64,000 bases of DNA from an uncultured Oscillospiraceae bacterium. Its GTDB lineage: Bacteria; Bacillota; Clostridia; Oscillospirales; Oscillospiraceae. The position numbers and the translations under genes were made by a program. Shown piece after piece: positions 17,653 to 31,206 of this stretch. The stretch is from NCBI GenBank assembly GCA_950097245.1, contig CATNCS010000005.1:5678-69677 (forward strand). Reading direction: 5' to 3'. The number at the start of each line of letters is the position of its first letter. Within the stretch, counting starts at the first letter, position 1. The notes under the pieces were generated by a model that saw only the letters and a program-made list of their open reading frames with translations, ran no database searches and was not told the DNA's origin.

Positions 17653-18737
17653 AGCAGTCCGGCCGTGGTGAGAATCCGCTCCACCTCGTTTACCCGGACG
17701 GGCCAGGCGGTCTGAGCGGCCCGGTCCATCCGGCGTCTGGCCAGGCCGGGGGCCTCCTCCAGGGCGTGGGCGCACAGGGTGACGAACTCCTCCAGCTCAT
17801 GAGCCCCGTAGACCACGTCGGGGAACTGCTCCACCTGGTCGGGCCACAGCATGGACACCACCGGCTTGCCGGTGGCCAGATACTCATACAGCCGGGGGGA
17901 GACCACCTCGTCAAAGGGCAGGTCCATCCGGGGCAGGTCCATCAGCACCTGACAGCGGTAGAGCCAGTCGGGCACCTCCGCCGCCGGCCGGGGGCCGGTG
18001 AGATACACATTGGACAGCCTGTCCAGCTGCCGCAGGAAGGGGTTACGCTTATCCACTGCCCCCAGCAGGAGAAAGCCCCAGTCGGGCCGCGCCTGGGCGG
18101 CGTAGAGCACAGGGGACAGATCCAATCCCTCCCGGACAGCCCCGGCCCAGCCGAAAATGGGGGCGGTCACCCCTGGCATGGGGTCGGGGCGGCGGAGGCT
18201 GGGGTCGAACAGGGGCAGGTTGATGCCGTTGGGCAGCAGGGCGATGTTGGCGCTGCACGGGGCCAGCCGCTCCCGGAGCAGGGGGGAGGCGGCAAAGACC
18301 ACGTCCGCCGCCTGGGCCAGGCTGCCCTCCCAGTGGACAGGGGGGCCGTCCCACACCCGGTCGCAGTCGTAGACCAGGGCGCCGTACTCCAGCCGGTCCA
18401 CCAGGTGGACGTGGCGGGGGTGGGTGGTCCACAGCAGGGGCTCCCTGAAGCGCTTGCGGGCGGCGGTGTCCTGTATAAAACGGCTGATCTTGTTCCAGGC
18501 CATCTGAAACAGGCGGCGGTACTGCTCTGAGATGGGAAAAAGAATGGGGGGCAGGGTGTAGGCCGTCACGTTGGGGCGGACCTGCCGGCCCTTTTTTAAG
18601 AAGGACTTGTCCCGGGGGGATTGGGCGGGGGAGAAGTAGAGCACCTGGCAGTCCCGCAGCCGGGAGACAATCTGCTGGGTGCGGCCGGGAAGCCGGTTGG
18701 ACCAGGGCTCGTTGGACAGACAGAGGATTTGCTTCAA
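17649..18737 (-). CDS. GT-B glycosyltransferase (TuaH-like)
   Basis: GGAGG RBS with TTG start (KQILCLSNEPW); VYDC, ADVVFAAS, LLPNG, YEYLATGKPVV. Confidence 0.8.
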   Translation of the reverse strand: MKQILCLSNEPWSNRLPGRTQQIVSRLRDCQVLYFSPAQSPRDKSFLKKGRQVRPNVTAYTLPPILFPISEQYRRLFQMAWNKISRFIQDTAARKRFREPLLWTTHPRHVHLVDRLEYGALVYDCDRVWDGPPVHWEGSLAQAADVVFAASPLLRERLAPCSANIALLPNGINLPLFDPSLRRPDPMPGVTAPIFGWAGAVREGLDLSPVLYAAQARPDWGFLLLGAVDKRNPFLRQLDRLSNVYLTGPRPAAEVPDWLYRCQVLMDLPRMDLPFDEVVSPRLYEYLATGKPVVSMLWPDQVEQFPDVVYGAHELEEFVTLCAHALEEAPGLARRRMDRAAQTAWPVRVNEVERILTTAGLL

Positions 18738-18831
18738 GAGAGATGACCTCCGAAAAATTAGTGTTGACTTGCGGAAAAAAAGCTTTATTATTATAGTATA
18801 GAATATGAAAAGGGTCAAGGGAGGTTTTTTC

Positions 18832-19380
18832 ATGTTGGAGAGCTTGCTCCAGCTGGACGGCCGGCTGCTGGTGGCCATCCAGGGGCTGCACACGGCCTGG
18901 CTGGACCCCATTGTGTCCATCTACACCAAGCTGGGGGACGCGGGTATCCTGTTTATCGCCCTGTCCCTGGCTATGCTGCTGTACAAGCCCACCCGGAAGG
19001 CGGGGGCGCTGGCACTGTGCGCCATGATTTTGGGCCTGCTGGTGACCAATGTCACCATCAAGCCCCTGGTGGAGCGGGCCCGGCCCTGGCTGGACTGGCC
19101 TATCGTCCCCCTGGTGACGGAGAAGGACCCCAACTCCTTCCCCTCGGGCCACACCTGCGCCGCCTTCGCCGCCGGGATGATCTGGCTGCGGGCCCTGCCC
19201 TGGCGGTGGGGACGAATTACTGCCGTGGTGATAGCCGTCCTCATGGGCCTGTCCCGGCTGTACGTGGGGGTCCACTACCCCACCGATGTGCTGGCAGGCG
19301 GAGTCATCGGCGCCCTGTGCGCCTGGGTGGTCTGGAGGGCATATCAGGCTTATGAGGAGAGAAGAAACCGCGTCTATTAA
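18832..19380 (+). CDS. PAP2-family membrane phosphatase
   Basis: K..V.RARP, SFPSGH, SRLYVGVHYPTDV. Confidence 0.9.
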   Translation: MLESLLQLDGRLLVAIQGLHTAWLDPIVSIYTKLGDAGILFIALSLAMLLYKPTRKAGALALCAMILGLLVTNVTIKPLVERARPWLDWPIVPLVTEKDPNSFPSGHTCAAFAAGMIWLRALPWRWGRITAVVIAVLMGLSRLYVGVHYPTDVLAGGVIGALCAWVVWRAYQAYEERRNRVY

Positions 19381-19406
19381 ACCAATATAAAATGGAGGAA
19401 AGAATT

Positions 19407-20255
19407 ATGTGGAAGAATGTCGGCTACTATAACGGAAAGATGGGCCCCCTGGAGGAGATGGAGGTGCCCATGGGGGACCGGGCCCTCTATTTCGGCGACG
19501 GCATCTACGAGGCCACCTGCGTGGCCAACCGCATCCCCTTCGCCATTGAGGACCATCTGGACCGGATGTACAACAGCCTGCGCCTGCTGGAGATCCCCTT
19601 CAAAATGGAGCGGGACCAGGTGAAGGCGGAGCTGCAGAAGGTGATTGACGCGGCGGAGGACTCCCCCGTCCACTTCCTGTACTGGCAGATCACCCGGGGC
19701 AACAGCCCCCGGAACCATGTGTTCCCCAAGGGAGTGGAGCCCTCCCTGATGATCTTTGTCAAGCCCCACACCATGAAGTCCATGGACATCCCCTACAAGC
19801 TCATCTCCCTGGAGGACAACCGCTTTAAGCTGTGCAACATCAAAACCCTGAACCTGATTCCCAGCGTGCTGGCCAACCAGCGGGCGGCGGAAGCCGGCTG
19901 CGACGAGGCGGTGCTCCACCGGGGCAGCCGGGTGACTGAGTGCGCCCACAGCAACATCTCCATCCTGAAGGACGGCGTGCTGCGCACCGCCCCCACCGAC
20001 GAGCTCATCCTCCCCGGCGTCACCCGGAAGCACCTGCTGGCCCTGGCCCGGGAGCACGGCATCCCCACGGTGGAGGAGCCCTTCTCCATGGTGGAGCTGA
20101 TGAACGCGGACGAGGCCATCGTCACCAGCTCCAGCGCCCTGTGCATGAGGGTGGAGTCCATCGACCATATCCCCGTGGGGGGCAGGGATCCCCAGCGGAT
20201 TAAGCTGCTCCAGGATGCCTACCTGGCAAAGTTCCGCCGGGAGACAGCCAGATAA
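19407..20255 (+). CDS. Class IV PLP aminotransferase, D-amino-acid aminotransferase-like
   Basis: DRALYFGDGIYE, IKTLNL, ECAHSNI, ILPGVTR. Confidence 0.85.
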   Translation: MWKNVGYYNGKMGPLEEMEVPMGDRALYFGDGIYEATCVANRIPFAIEDHLDRMYNSLRLLEIPFKMERDQVKAELQKVIDAAEDSPVHFLYWQITRGNSPRNHVFPKGVEPSLMIFVKPHTMKSMDIPYKLISLEDNRFKLCNIKTLNLIPSVLANQRAAEAGCDEAVLHRGSRVTECAHSNISILKDGVLRTAPTDELILPGVTRKHLLALAREHGIPTVEEPFSMVELMNADEAIVTSSSALCMRVESIDHIPVGGRDPQRIKLLQDAYLAKFRRETAR

Positions 20256-20260
20256 AAAAT

Positions 20261-20292
20261 ATTCGCCGGATGTCTCTGGACATCCGGCGAAT
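20261..20292. terminator. Hairpin between convergent genes
   Basis: Perfect 14-bp stem ATTCGCCGGATGTC-TCTG-GACATCCGGCGAAT. Confidence 0.8.
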
Positions 20293-20308
20293 TATGTTTG
20301 AGGGGTGC

Positions 20309-21244
20309 TCAGGAGGCCAGAAAGGCCTCGATCTGCTCTCTGGTAGGCAGGGCGGGGATAGCCCCCTTTTTCTGGACCGTGAGAGCCCCGGCGGCGTTGC
20401 CGTACTCCATGGCCCGGCGGACCACCGCCTCGGTGAGCTGCCCGGTCTGTTCCACGCCCTGGATACGCAGGCTGGACAGGAAGGCGCCCCAGAAGGAGTC
20501 GCCGGCGCCGTTGGTGTCCACACAGGTCACCTTGTGGCTGGCCACATCCCAGCAGGCTCCGCCGAAGAAGCACCGGGCGCCCGCCCCACCCAAGGTCTCT
20601 ACGACGACGGAGATTCCATAGTCTTTCATCAGGCCGGGCAGGGCCTCCTCGCCGCCCACCATGCCTACCTCCTCGTCGGAGACCTTGAGCAGGTCCACGT
20701 AGGGGAGAATCTCCCGCACCTTGGCGGCGCAGGCCCCCTGATCGTCGTTCCACATCACATTGCGGTAGTTTACATCGAAGCTGACCAGCTTTCCCAGCTC
20801 ATGGCCCAGGCGCAGGGCCTTGGCGGTGGCCTCCGCCGCGGGGGAGGCGGAAAGGGAGCAGGAGCCGGCGTGGACGATGACGCTGTTTTGGATGTCCTCC
20901 TCCTTGACGGCGGACTCCTCCAGGAACATGTCGGCCCCCGGTTTCCGGGCGAAGGTAAAGCTGCGGTTGCCGTCGGGGGCCAGGGTAACAAAGGCCAAGG
21001 TGGTAATCGCCCTGTCGCACAGCCGGGGGTTGATGACCCGAACTCCGTTTTCCTCCATGGTTTGTACCAGGAAGTGGCCGAAATCGTCGTTGCCCACGCT
21101 GCTGCAAACCCCTGCGGACAGGCCGCTGCGGGCAGCGGCGATGGCGGCGTTGCCCGGCGCGCCGCCGGGATTGCGGATATAGCTGGCCGGCTCGCTGCCG
21201 GGGGTAAAGTCAATTACAAGTTCTCCAAGGCTGTACAGGTCCAT
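20309..21244 (-). CDS. PfkB-family carbohydrate kinase (fructokinase-like)
   Basis: GELVIDF, GGAPGNAA, FDVNYR, DTNGAGDSF; start moved to 21244. Confidence 0.9.
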   Translation of the reverse strand: MDLYSLGELVIDFTPGSEPASYIRNPGGAPGNAAIAAARSGLSAGVCSSVGNDDFGHFLVQTMEENGVRVINPRLCDRAITTLAFVTLAPDGNRSFTFARKPGADMFLEESAVKEEDIQNSVIVHAGSCSLSASPAAEATAKALRLGHELGKLVSFDVNYRNVMWNDDQGACAAKVREILPYVDLLKVSDEEVGMVGGEEALPGLMKDYGISVVVETLGGAGARCFFGGACWDVASHKVTCVDTNGAGDSFWGAFLSSLRIQGVEQTGQLTEAVVRRAMEYGNAAGALTVQKKGAIPALPTREQIEAFLAS

Positions 21245-21321
21245 AGCGCATCCGCCCTTCTGATAAAATGTTGTCTCTATTATAGCAGATTCTCCCACAA
21301 TTTCAAGACGGAAACAAAACA

Positions 21322-21349
21322 AAAGGGACCGCCCGCGGGCGGTCCCTTT
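21322..21349 (-). terminator. rpoC terminator
   Basis: AAAGGGACCGCCC-GC-GGGCGGTCCCTTT followed by T-rich sequence on the minus strand. Confidence 0.85.
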
Positions 21350-21374
21350 CAAAGCGAATTGGCGGAGTTGAATC

Positions 21375-25055
<3,681 letters not shown>

Positions 25056-25075
25056 GCTTTAATCTCCTCCCTTTG

Positions 25076-28000
25076 TCAATTATAGTCGTCTTCGGCGAAG
25101 AGGGCGTCGTCGGGCTCCTCCTCCGCCGTTCCCAAGGTTAAGTCGTCGTCGTCGCTCTCACCCTTAAAGGTGAAGCCGCCGGCGGAGGCAAAGTCGTCGC
25201 CGGCCTGATAGGCAAAGTCGTCCTCCCGGTCGTAGTAGTCGTCCCGGACGGGCTGGTAGCCGTCGTCCTCGTCGTCCTTCAGCTCGATCTCGTTGCCCTG
25301 GGCGTCCAGCACCTTCATATCCAGGCACAGGGACTGGAGCTCCTTGATGAGCACCTTAAAGGACTCAGGCACACCGGGCTTGGGCACGTTCAGGCCCTTG
25401 ACAATGGCCTCGTAGGTCTTTACACGGCCGGTGACATCGTCGGACTTCACCGTCAGAATCTCCTGGAGAGTATAGGCGGCGCCGTAGGCCTCCAGGGCCC
25501 ACACCTCCATCTCTCCGAAGCGCTGGCCGCCGAACTGGGCCTTGCCGCCCAGAGGCTGCTGGGTGACCAGGGAGTAGGGGCCGGTGGCCCGGGCATGGAT
25601 CTTGTCGTCCACCAGGTGGTGGAGCTTGAGGAAGTAGACGTAGCCCACGGTGACCGGGTTGTCGAAGCGCCGGCCGGTGCGGCCGTCATACAGCCAGTTT
25701 TTGCCGTCGATGATGCGCAGCCTGCGCTGGCTCTGCCAGGCGGCCACCTGCTTTGCGTCGGCCATCTCCTCGGAGGTGAGGGGGCGCATCTCCTGGCCCT
25801 CCTCGCCGGCCAGATAGAGGGGCTTGCCGATGAGGGGCTCGTCGACGCCCACCTCCCGGGCCAGGCCCGCCAGCTTCAGGCACTCCTGAATGTCGGCCTC
25901 AGTGGCGCCGTTGAAGATGGGGGTGGCCACCTTCCAGCCCAGAGTCTTGGCGGCGTAACCCAGATGGACCTCCAACACCTGGCCGATGTTCATACGGGAG
26001 GGCACGCCCAGGGGGTTCAGCACGATGTCCAGCGGGGTGCCGTCGGGGAGGAAGGGCATGTCCTCCTGGGGCAGGATGCGGGACACCACGCCCTTGTTGC
26101 CGTGGCGGCCGGCCATCTTGTCGCCCACGGAAATCTTCCGCTTCTGGGCGATGTAGACCCGGACCACCTGGTTGACCCCGGCGCCCAGCTCGTCGCCGTT
26201 CTCCCGGGTGTAGACCTTCACGTCCACCACGATGCCCGCCTCGCCGTGGGGCACCTTCAGGGAGGTGTCACGGACCTCCCGGGCCTTTTCGCCGAAAATG
26301 GCACGGAGCAGCTTCTCCTCAGCGGTGGCCTCGGCCTCGCCCTTGGGGGTGACCTTGCCCACAAGGTAGTCGCCGGCGCGAATTTCCGCGCCCACCCGGA
26401 TGATGCCGTGTTCGTCCAGGTCCTTCAGGGCGTCGTCGCCCACGTTGGGGATGTCCCGGGTGATGGTCTCGGGGCCCAGCTTGGTGTCACGGGCCTCGGT
26501 CTCATACTCCTCAATGTGGATGGAGGTGAACACGTCGTCCTTCACCATCCGCTCGTTGAGGAGGATGGCGTCCTCGTAGTTGTAGCCCTCCCAGGTCATA
26601 AAGCCCATGAGGATGTTCCGGCCCAGGGCGATCTCCCCCCGGTCGGTGGAGGGGCCGTCGGCCAGCACGTCCTGGAAGTCCACCCGCTGGCCCGCGTCCA
26701 CAATGGGCCGCTGGTTGATACAGGTGGTGTGGTTGGAGCGCAGGTACTTGGTCAGGCGGTAATCCTTGGTTTTGCCGTTGTCGTAGGCCACGGTGATATA
26801 CCGGGCGGACACCTTGGTGACGGTGCCCGGCCCCTCGGCCAGGATGGCCACCTCGGAGTCGATGCAGTTCTTGTGCTCCTGGCCGGTGGCCACGATAGGG
26901 GCCTCGGGCCGGAGCAGAGGGACGGCCTGCCGCTGCATGTTGGCGCCCATCAGGGCGCGGTTGGCGTCGTCGTTCTGGAGGAAGGGGATCATGGCGGTGG
27001 CCACCGACACCATCATCTTGGGGGACACGTCCACGTAGTCCACCCGGTGCTTATCCACGGAGATGGTCTCGTTGCGGTGGCGGCAGGTGACCCGCTCGTT
27101 CACCAGGCGGCCCTCCTCGTCCACCGGCTCGGTGGCCTGGCCGATGATGAACTCGTCCTCCATGTCGGCGGTCATATAGGTAATCTCGTCGGTGAGCTTG
27201 CCGGTGTCCTTGTCCACCTTGCGGTAGGGGGCCTCGATAAAGCCGTACTTGTTGATCCGGGCGTAGGAGGCCAGGTAGGAGATCAGGCCGATGTTGGGAC
27301 CTTCGGGGGTCTCGATGGGGCACAGGCGGCCGTAGTGGGAGTAGTGGACGTCACGGACGTCGAAGGAGGCCCGGTCGCGGCTCAGGCCGCCGGGGCCCAG
27401 GGCGGACAGGCGGCGCTTGTGGGTCAGCTCGGCCAGGGGGTTGGTCTGGTCCATAAACTGGGACAGGGGGGAGGACCCGAAGAACTCTTTAATGGCGGCG
27501 GTGACAGGCCGGATATTAATCAGGGACTGGGGGGTGACCACGTCCAGGTCCTGGGTGGTCATCCGCTCCCGGATGACCCGCTCCATGCGGGAGAAGCCGA
27601 TGCGGAACTGGTTCTGAATCAGCTCGCCCACGCAGCGCAGGCGGCGGTTGCCCAGGTGATCGATGTCGTCAGGGGTGCCGATGTTGCTGGCCAGGCAGTT
27701 CAGGTAGTTGATGGAGGCCATGATGTCGGCCACGGTGATGTGGTTGGGGATCAGCTCCTCTCTGGCCCGGCGGACGGCTTCCTTCAGCTCATCCCCCTGG
27801 TACTGGTCCACCAGGGCGCACAGCACAGGGAAGGAGACCATCTCGTCGATGCCCGCGTCGGCGGGATCGAAGCCGGCCAGAGCGACAAAGCCCTTTTTGT
27901 CCACCATGTCGTTGGAGAAGACCACAACCTCTCTGCCGTCCACGTCCACCACAGCCCGGTTGACGCCCATGGAGTCCAGCTCCTGAGCCCGCTCCCGGGT

Positions 28001-28930
28001 AAGGACCTCGCCCGCCTCGGCGATGATCTCGCCGGTGCGGGGGTCGGCCACGGGCTGGGCCAGCCTGCAGCCGGACAGCCGGGCCCACAGGGCCATCTTC
28101 TTGTTAAACTTGTAGCGGCCCACGGTGGACAGGTCGTACCGCCGGTGGTCGAAGAAGGTGGCGTTGATGAGGGTCTCGGCGGAGTCCAGCGTGGGGGGCT
28201 CGCCGGGGCGCAGCTTGCGGTAGATCTCCAGCATGGCCTCCTCATAGGTCTTGCAGGCGTCCTTCTCCAGGGTGGCCAGCAGCCGCTCGTCCTGGCCGAA
28301 GAGCTCCAGAATCTCCGGGTCGGTGCGGGGGCCCAGGGCCCGGATGAGGCAGGTGACGGGCAGCTTGCGGTTCTTGTCGATGCGGACATAGAACACGTCG
28401 CTCAGGTCGGTCTCATACTCCAGCCAGGCGCCCCGGCCGGGGATGACGGTGGTGGCATAGGTCTTGTTGTCCGCCTTGTCCACCTCGCGGGTATAGTACA
28501 TGCCGGGAGAGCGGACGATCTGGGAGACAATCACCCGCTCGGCCCCGTTGATGACAAAGGTGCCCGAGTTGGTCATGATGGGGAAGTCCCCCATAAAAAT
28601 CTCCTGCTCGTTGATCTGATTGTTCTGGGTGTTGCGCAGCTGCACCTTTACCTTGATGGGGGCGGCGTAGGTGGCATCCCGGGCCTTGCACTCCTCCACG
28701 TCGTACTTGGGCTGCTCATCCATGGAGAAGTCCACAAAGGACAGCTCCAGGTTGCCGCCGTAGTCCACGATGGAGCCCACGTCCTTGAAGACCTCTCTCA
28801 GGCCTACGTCCAGAAACCACTGGTAGGAGGTCTTCTGCACCTCCAGCAGGTTGGGCATCTCCAGGATCTCCTGATACCGGGCGAAGCTCTTTCGAGGGGT
28901 CTTGCCGTACATTACGTCCTTGACGACCAT
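25076..28930 (-). CDS. rpoB: RNA polymerase beta subunit
   Basis: [38 protein letters not shown]. Confidence 0.99.
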   Translation of the reverse strand: MVVKDVMYGKTPRKSFARYQEILEMPNLLEVQKTSYQWFLDVGLREVFKDVGSIVDYGGNLELSFVDFSMDEQPKYDVEECKARDATYAAPIKVKVQLRNTQNNQINEQEIFMGDFPIMTNSGTFVINGAERVIVSQIVRSPGMYYTREVDKADNKTYATTVIPGRGAWLEYETDLSDVFYVRIDKNRKLPVTCLIRALGPRTDPEILELFGQDERLLATLEKDACKTYEEAMLEIYRKLRPGEPPTLDSAETLINATFFDHRRYDLSTVGRYKFNKKMALWARLSGCRLAQPVADPRTGEIIAEAGEVLTRERAQELDSMGVNRAVVDVDGREVVVFSNDMVDKKGFVALAGFDPADAGIDEMVSFPVLCALVDQYQGDELKEAVRRAREELIPNHITVADIMASINYLNCLASNIGTPDDIDHLGNRRLRCVGELIQNQFRIGFSRMERVIRERMTTQDLDVVTPQSLINIRPVTAAIKEFFGSSPLSQFMDQTNPLAELTHKRRLSALGPGGLSRDRASFDVRDVHYSHYGRLCPIETPEGPNIGLISYLASYARINKYGFIEAPYRKVDKDTGKLTDEITYMTADMEDEFIIGQATEPVDEEGRLVNERVTCRHRNETISVDKHRVDYVDVSPKMMVSVATAMIPFLQNDDANRALMGANMQRQAVPLLRPEAPIVATGQEHKNCIDSEVAILAEGPGTVTKVSARYITVAYDNGKTKDYRLTKYLRSNHTTCINQRPIVDAGQRVDFQDVLADGPSTDRGEIALGRNILMGFMTWEGYNYEDAILLNERMVKDDVFTSIHIEEYETEARDTKLGPETITRDIPNVGDDALKDLDEHGIIRVGAEIRAGDYLVGKVTPKGEAEATAEEKLLRAIFGEKAREVRDTSLKVPHGEAGIVVDVKVYTRENGDELGAGVNQVVRVYIAQKRKISVGDKMAGRHGNKGVVSRILPQEDMPFLPDGTPLDIVLNPLGVPSRMNIGQVLEVHLGYAAKTLGWKVATPIFNGATEADIQECLKLAGLAREVGVDEPLIGKPLYLAGEEGQEMRPLTSEEMADAKQVAAWQSQRRLRIIDGKNWLYDGRTGRRFDNPVTVGYVYFLKLHHLVDDKIHARATGPYSLVTQQPLGGKAQFGGQRFGEMEVWALEAYGAAYTLQEILTVKSDDVTGRVKTYEAIVKGLNVPKPGVPESFKVLIKELQSLCLDMKVLDAQGNEIELKDDEDDGYQPVRDDYYDREDDFAYQAGDDFASAGGFTFKGESDDDDLTLGTAEEEPDDALFAEDDYN

Positions 28931-29006
28931 GCTGAAAAATCAACTCACTTTCTTCAGAATTGATGGTTGGTTGTCACTTTTTTGGGCCGGATTTTGGGGA
29001 AAGGGG

Positions 29007-29125
29007 GAGAAATTGCCGTCAGTATGCACAATAAGGAAGAAAGAGGAAGAGGCGATACACACGGACGTGTGGGCGGTTTTGCCGCTCTTGCTCTTGCCAA
29101 TTTCTCAGGGGTGTGCTACACTGAC
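29007..29125 (-). promoter_or_regulatory. Structured rpoB 5' leader (candidate cis-regulatory RNA)
   Basis: Two crossing long-range helices plus an inner multibranch domain; see findings. Confidence 0.5.
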
Positions 29126-29178
29126 ACTGTAACCATGGGAATTTATCCGATTTTTGCAAGGGGACACAAAAGCATTTT

Positions 29179-29207
29179 ATTTTACCATAGATGGGAGCAG
29201 TTGTCAA
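29179..29207 (-). promoter_or_regulatory. Sigma-A promoter of rpoBC
   Basis: TTGACA-N17-TAAAAT with TG extension; implies a leader of about 240 nt. Confidence 0.85.
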
Positions 29208-29427
29208 GGCCTGCCCCATTTTTTTCTGGACTTTTTTGCCTCTGATCCGGAATTGAGGCTGGGGAGGAGGCTGGAGCGGCCTGTAAGAAATAATAAAGAG
29301 AGGGAAAATTATGAAAAAGGCCTTTCTATTTTGAAATAGATTTGTTATAATTCAGTAGAATTGACTTCCCTGCCGTCAATTGTCCGGTGCTGCGGGCTTT
29401 TGATGATGTTGTGTGAGGAGCGGAAAT

Positions 29428-30354
29428 ATGGAGCATCTGGAAAAGATTTTAGTAATTGATGACAGCTCAGTCCAGGCGGATATGCTGCGGTCCATTCTGG
29501 AGGAGGAGTATGATATCACGGTGGCCCATACCGCTGAGACGGGGCTGCACTGCGCCAGAGTGGGAAATTTTTCTCTGGTTCTGCTGGACGTGATTATGCC
29601 CGGGATGGACGGCTTTGACATGCTGCAAAAGCTGCAGGAGGAGGTCGTCACCGAGCATGTGCCGGTGATTCTGATTACCAGCCTGCGGGATGCGGAGTAT
29701 GAGGAGCGGGGACTTGTTCTGGGGGCGGTGGACTACATCACCAAGCCCTACCACGCCCCGATCGTCAAGGCGAGGGTGGACACCCACGTCAAGCTCTACC
29801 GCTACCGGGCCCAGGTGGAGCAGCAGTCGATGGTGGACCCTGTGGCGGGGGTGCCCAACCGCCGCAGCTATAATACCGCCTGCCATGACAAGTGGCAGGA
29901 AGCGATCCGGTTTCAGCAGCCCATTTCACTGTGCATGTTTGATATCGACCGCTTTAAACTGTATAACGACACCTTTGGCCATCCGGCGGGAGACCGTGTG
30001 ATCCGGGCCGTGGCCCAGACGGCCACCTCCTTCCTCCGCCGGAGCACCGATTTTTTTGCCCGCTACGGCGGGGAGGAGTTTGTGGCCATTCTGGTGGGCA
30101 GTGAAGCGGATGCTGCCTTTGAGTACATGAAAAAGGTCCGTCAGGCGGTGGAGGACCTGCATATCCCCCACGCCCCGGAGGCCTCCCGGTGGGTGACAGT
30201 CAGCATTGGAGGGGTCACCATCGCGCCTGAGACGGAGGACTCCTATGACACCTACTTAAAAATTGCGGACACCATGCTGTACGACGCCAAGCGCTTTGGC
30301 CGGAACCAGGTGGTCTGGTCCAACGAGAAGATGGAACAGCAGAAAGAAAAATAA
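29428..30354 (+). CDS. Response regulator-diguanylate cyclase (REC-GGDEF)
   Basis: REC domain LLDVIMP; DIDRFKLYND; RSTD I-site five residues before GGEEF. Confidence 0.93.
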   Translation: MEHLEKILVIDDSSVQADMLRSILEEEYDITVAHTAETGLHCARVGNFSLVLLDVIMPGMDGFDMLQKLQEEVVTEHVPVILITSLRDAEYEERGLVLGAVDYITKPYHAPIVKARVDTHVKLYRYRAQVEQQSMVDPVAGVPNRRSYNTACHDKWQEAIRFQQPISLCMFDIDRFKLYNDTFGHPAGDRVIRAVAQTATSFLRRSTDFFARYGGEEFVAILVGSEADAAFEYMKKVRQAVEDLHIPHAPEASRWVTVSIGGVTIAPETEDSYDTYLKIADTMLYDAKRFGRNQVVWSNEKMEQQKEK

Positions 30355-30375
30355 GAAGCCGGAGGAAGATGTGAA

Positions 30376-31065
30376 ATGGGACTGTTTGACGCGTTCCGAA
30401 AGAGCCCGAAGGAGAGACAGGCGGAGGAGGCCCGCAAGCGGGCGGCAAGAGAGGACCTGGACGTCTATTCCGGCATGCGGGTTGAGGTGACCAGCGGCGA
30501 CGGGCGTATTTTTCTGGTGGCCAGGCTGTCTGATCTGCGGGGGGACCGGGCCCAGCTGGAGCCGGGAGCGAACGGCAGCCTGCTCACATGGTCAGACAAG
30601 CCCCAGCCGGTGACCCTGCGGGGCTACAGCAGCAAAGAGGGACGGACGGTAATTATGGAGGGCACCATCCGCATGGGGGCCAACAGGCTGTGGCAGGCGG
30701 AGCGGCTGGGCCTGGTGGAGCAGTCGGAGCAGCGGGCCAACATCCGCGTGGGGACTGATTTGATGGGAAGCTTTACCCTCATCGACCGGCCCTCCGTGCC
30801 GGAGGAGTGCTGCCAGATCAAGAATATAGGCATGGGCGGCGCCTGCATCGGCTCCCAGGCCCGCCGGGACGTGGGCGACAAGCTTTCCGTGTGGGTGGAG
30901 CAGCTTCTGGAGCTGGAGGATGTAGCGCTGACCTGTCAAATTCTGCGCATTGATAACCGCAAGCCGGGCTATTTTGAATACGGCTGCCGCTTTGTGGATT
31001 TAAGCGAGGAGACAGAGCGCCACCTCTTCCGTGCGGTGTACGCGCTGTATCACGGGCTGTACTGA
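30376..31065 (+). CDS. PilZ-domain protein
   Basis: QRANIRV (RxxxR) and NIGMGG c-di-GMP-binding motifs in the C-terminal half. Confidence 0.85.
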   Translation: MGLFDAFRKSPKERQAEEARKRAAREDLDVYSGMRVEVTSGDGRIFLVARLSDLRGDRAQLEPGANGSLLTWSDKPQPVTLRGYSSKEGRTVIMEGTIRMGANRLWQAERLGLVEQSEQRANIRVGTDLMGSFTLIDRPSVPEECCQIKNIGMGGACIGSQARRDVGDKLSVWVEQLLELEDVALTCQILRIDNRKPGYFEYGCRFVDLSEETERHLFRAVYALYHGLY

Positions 31066-31206
31066 GAGAAGGGGGCCTGTTCCCGTCCGCAGTTCCAAGG
31101 GATTTTCTGGATTTGCAAGAAAAGTATTGAAATGTCCTCCGGTGCTGTGCTATACTGAAGCTACTGCCGTACGCAATACCTTAAATTTGAAATGAGGATG
31201 TTATCT

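Noticed and set aside
29210-29427. c-di-GMP riboswitch upstream of the cyclase, PilZ or MCP genes
   Set aside because: No GGCAAAC/GNRA-receptor architecture seen.
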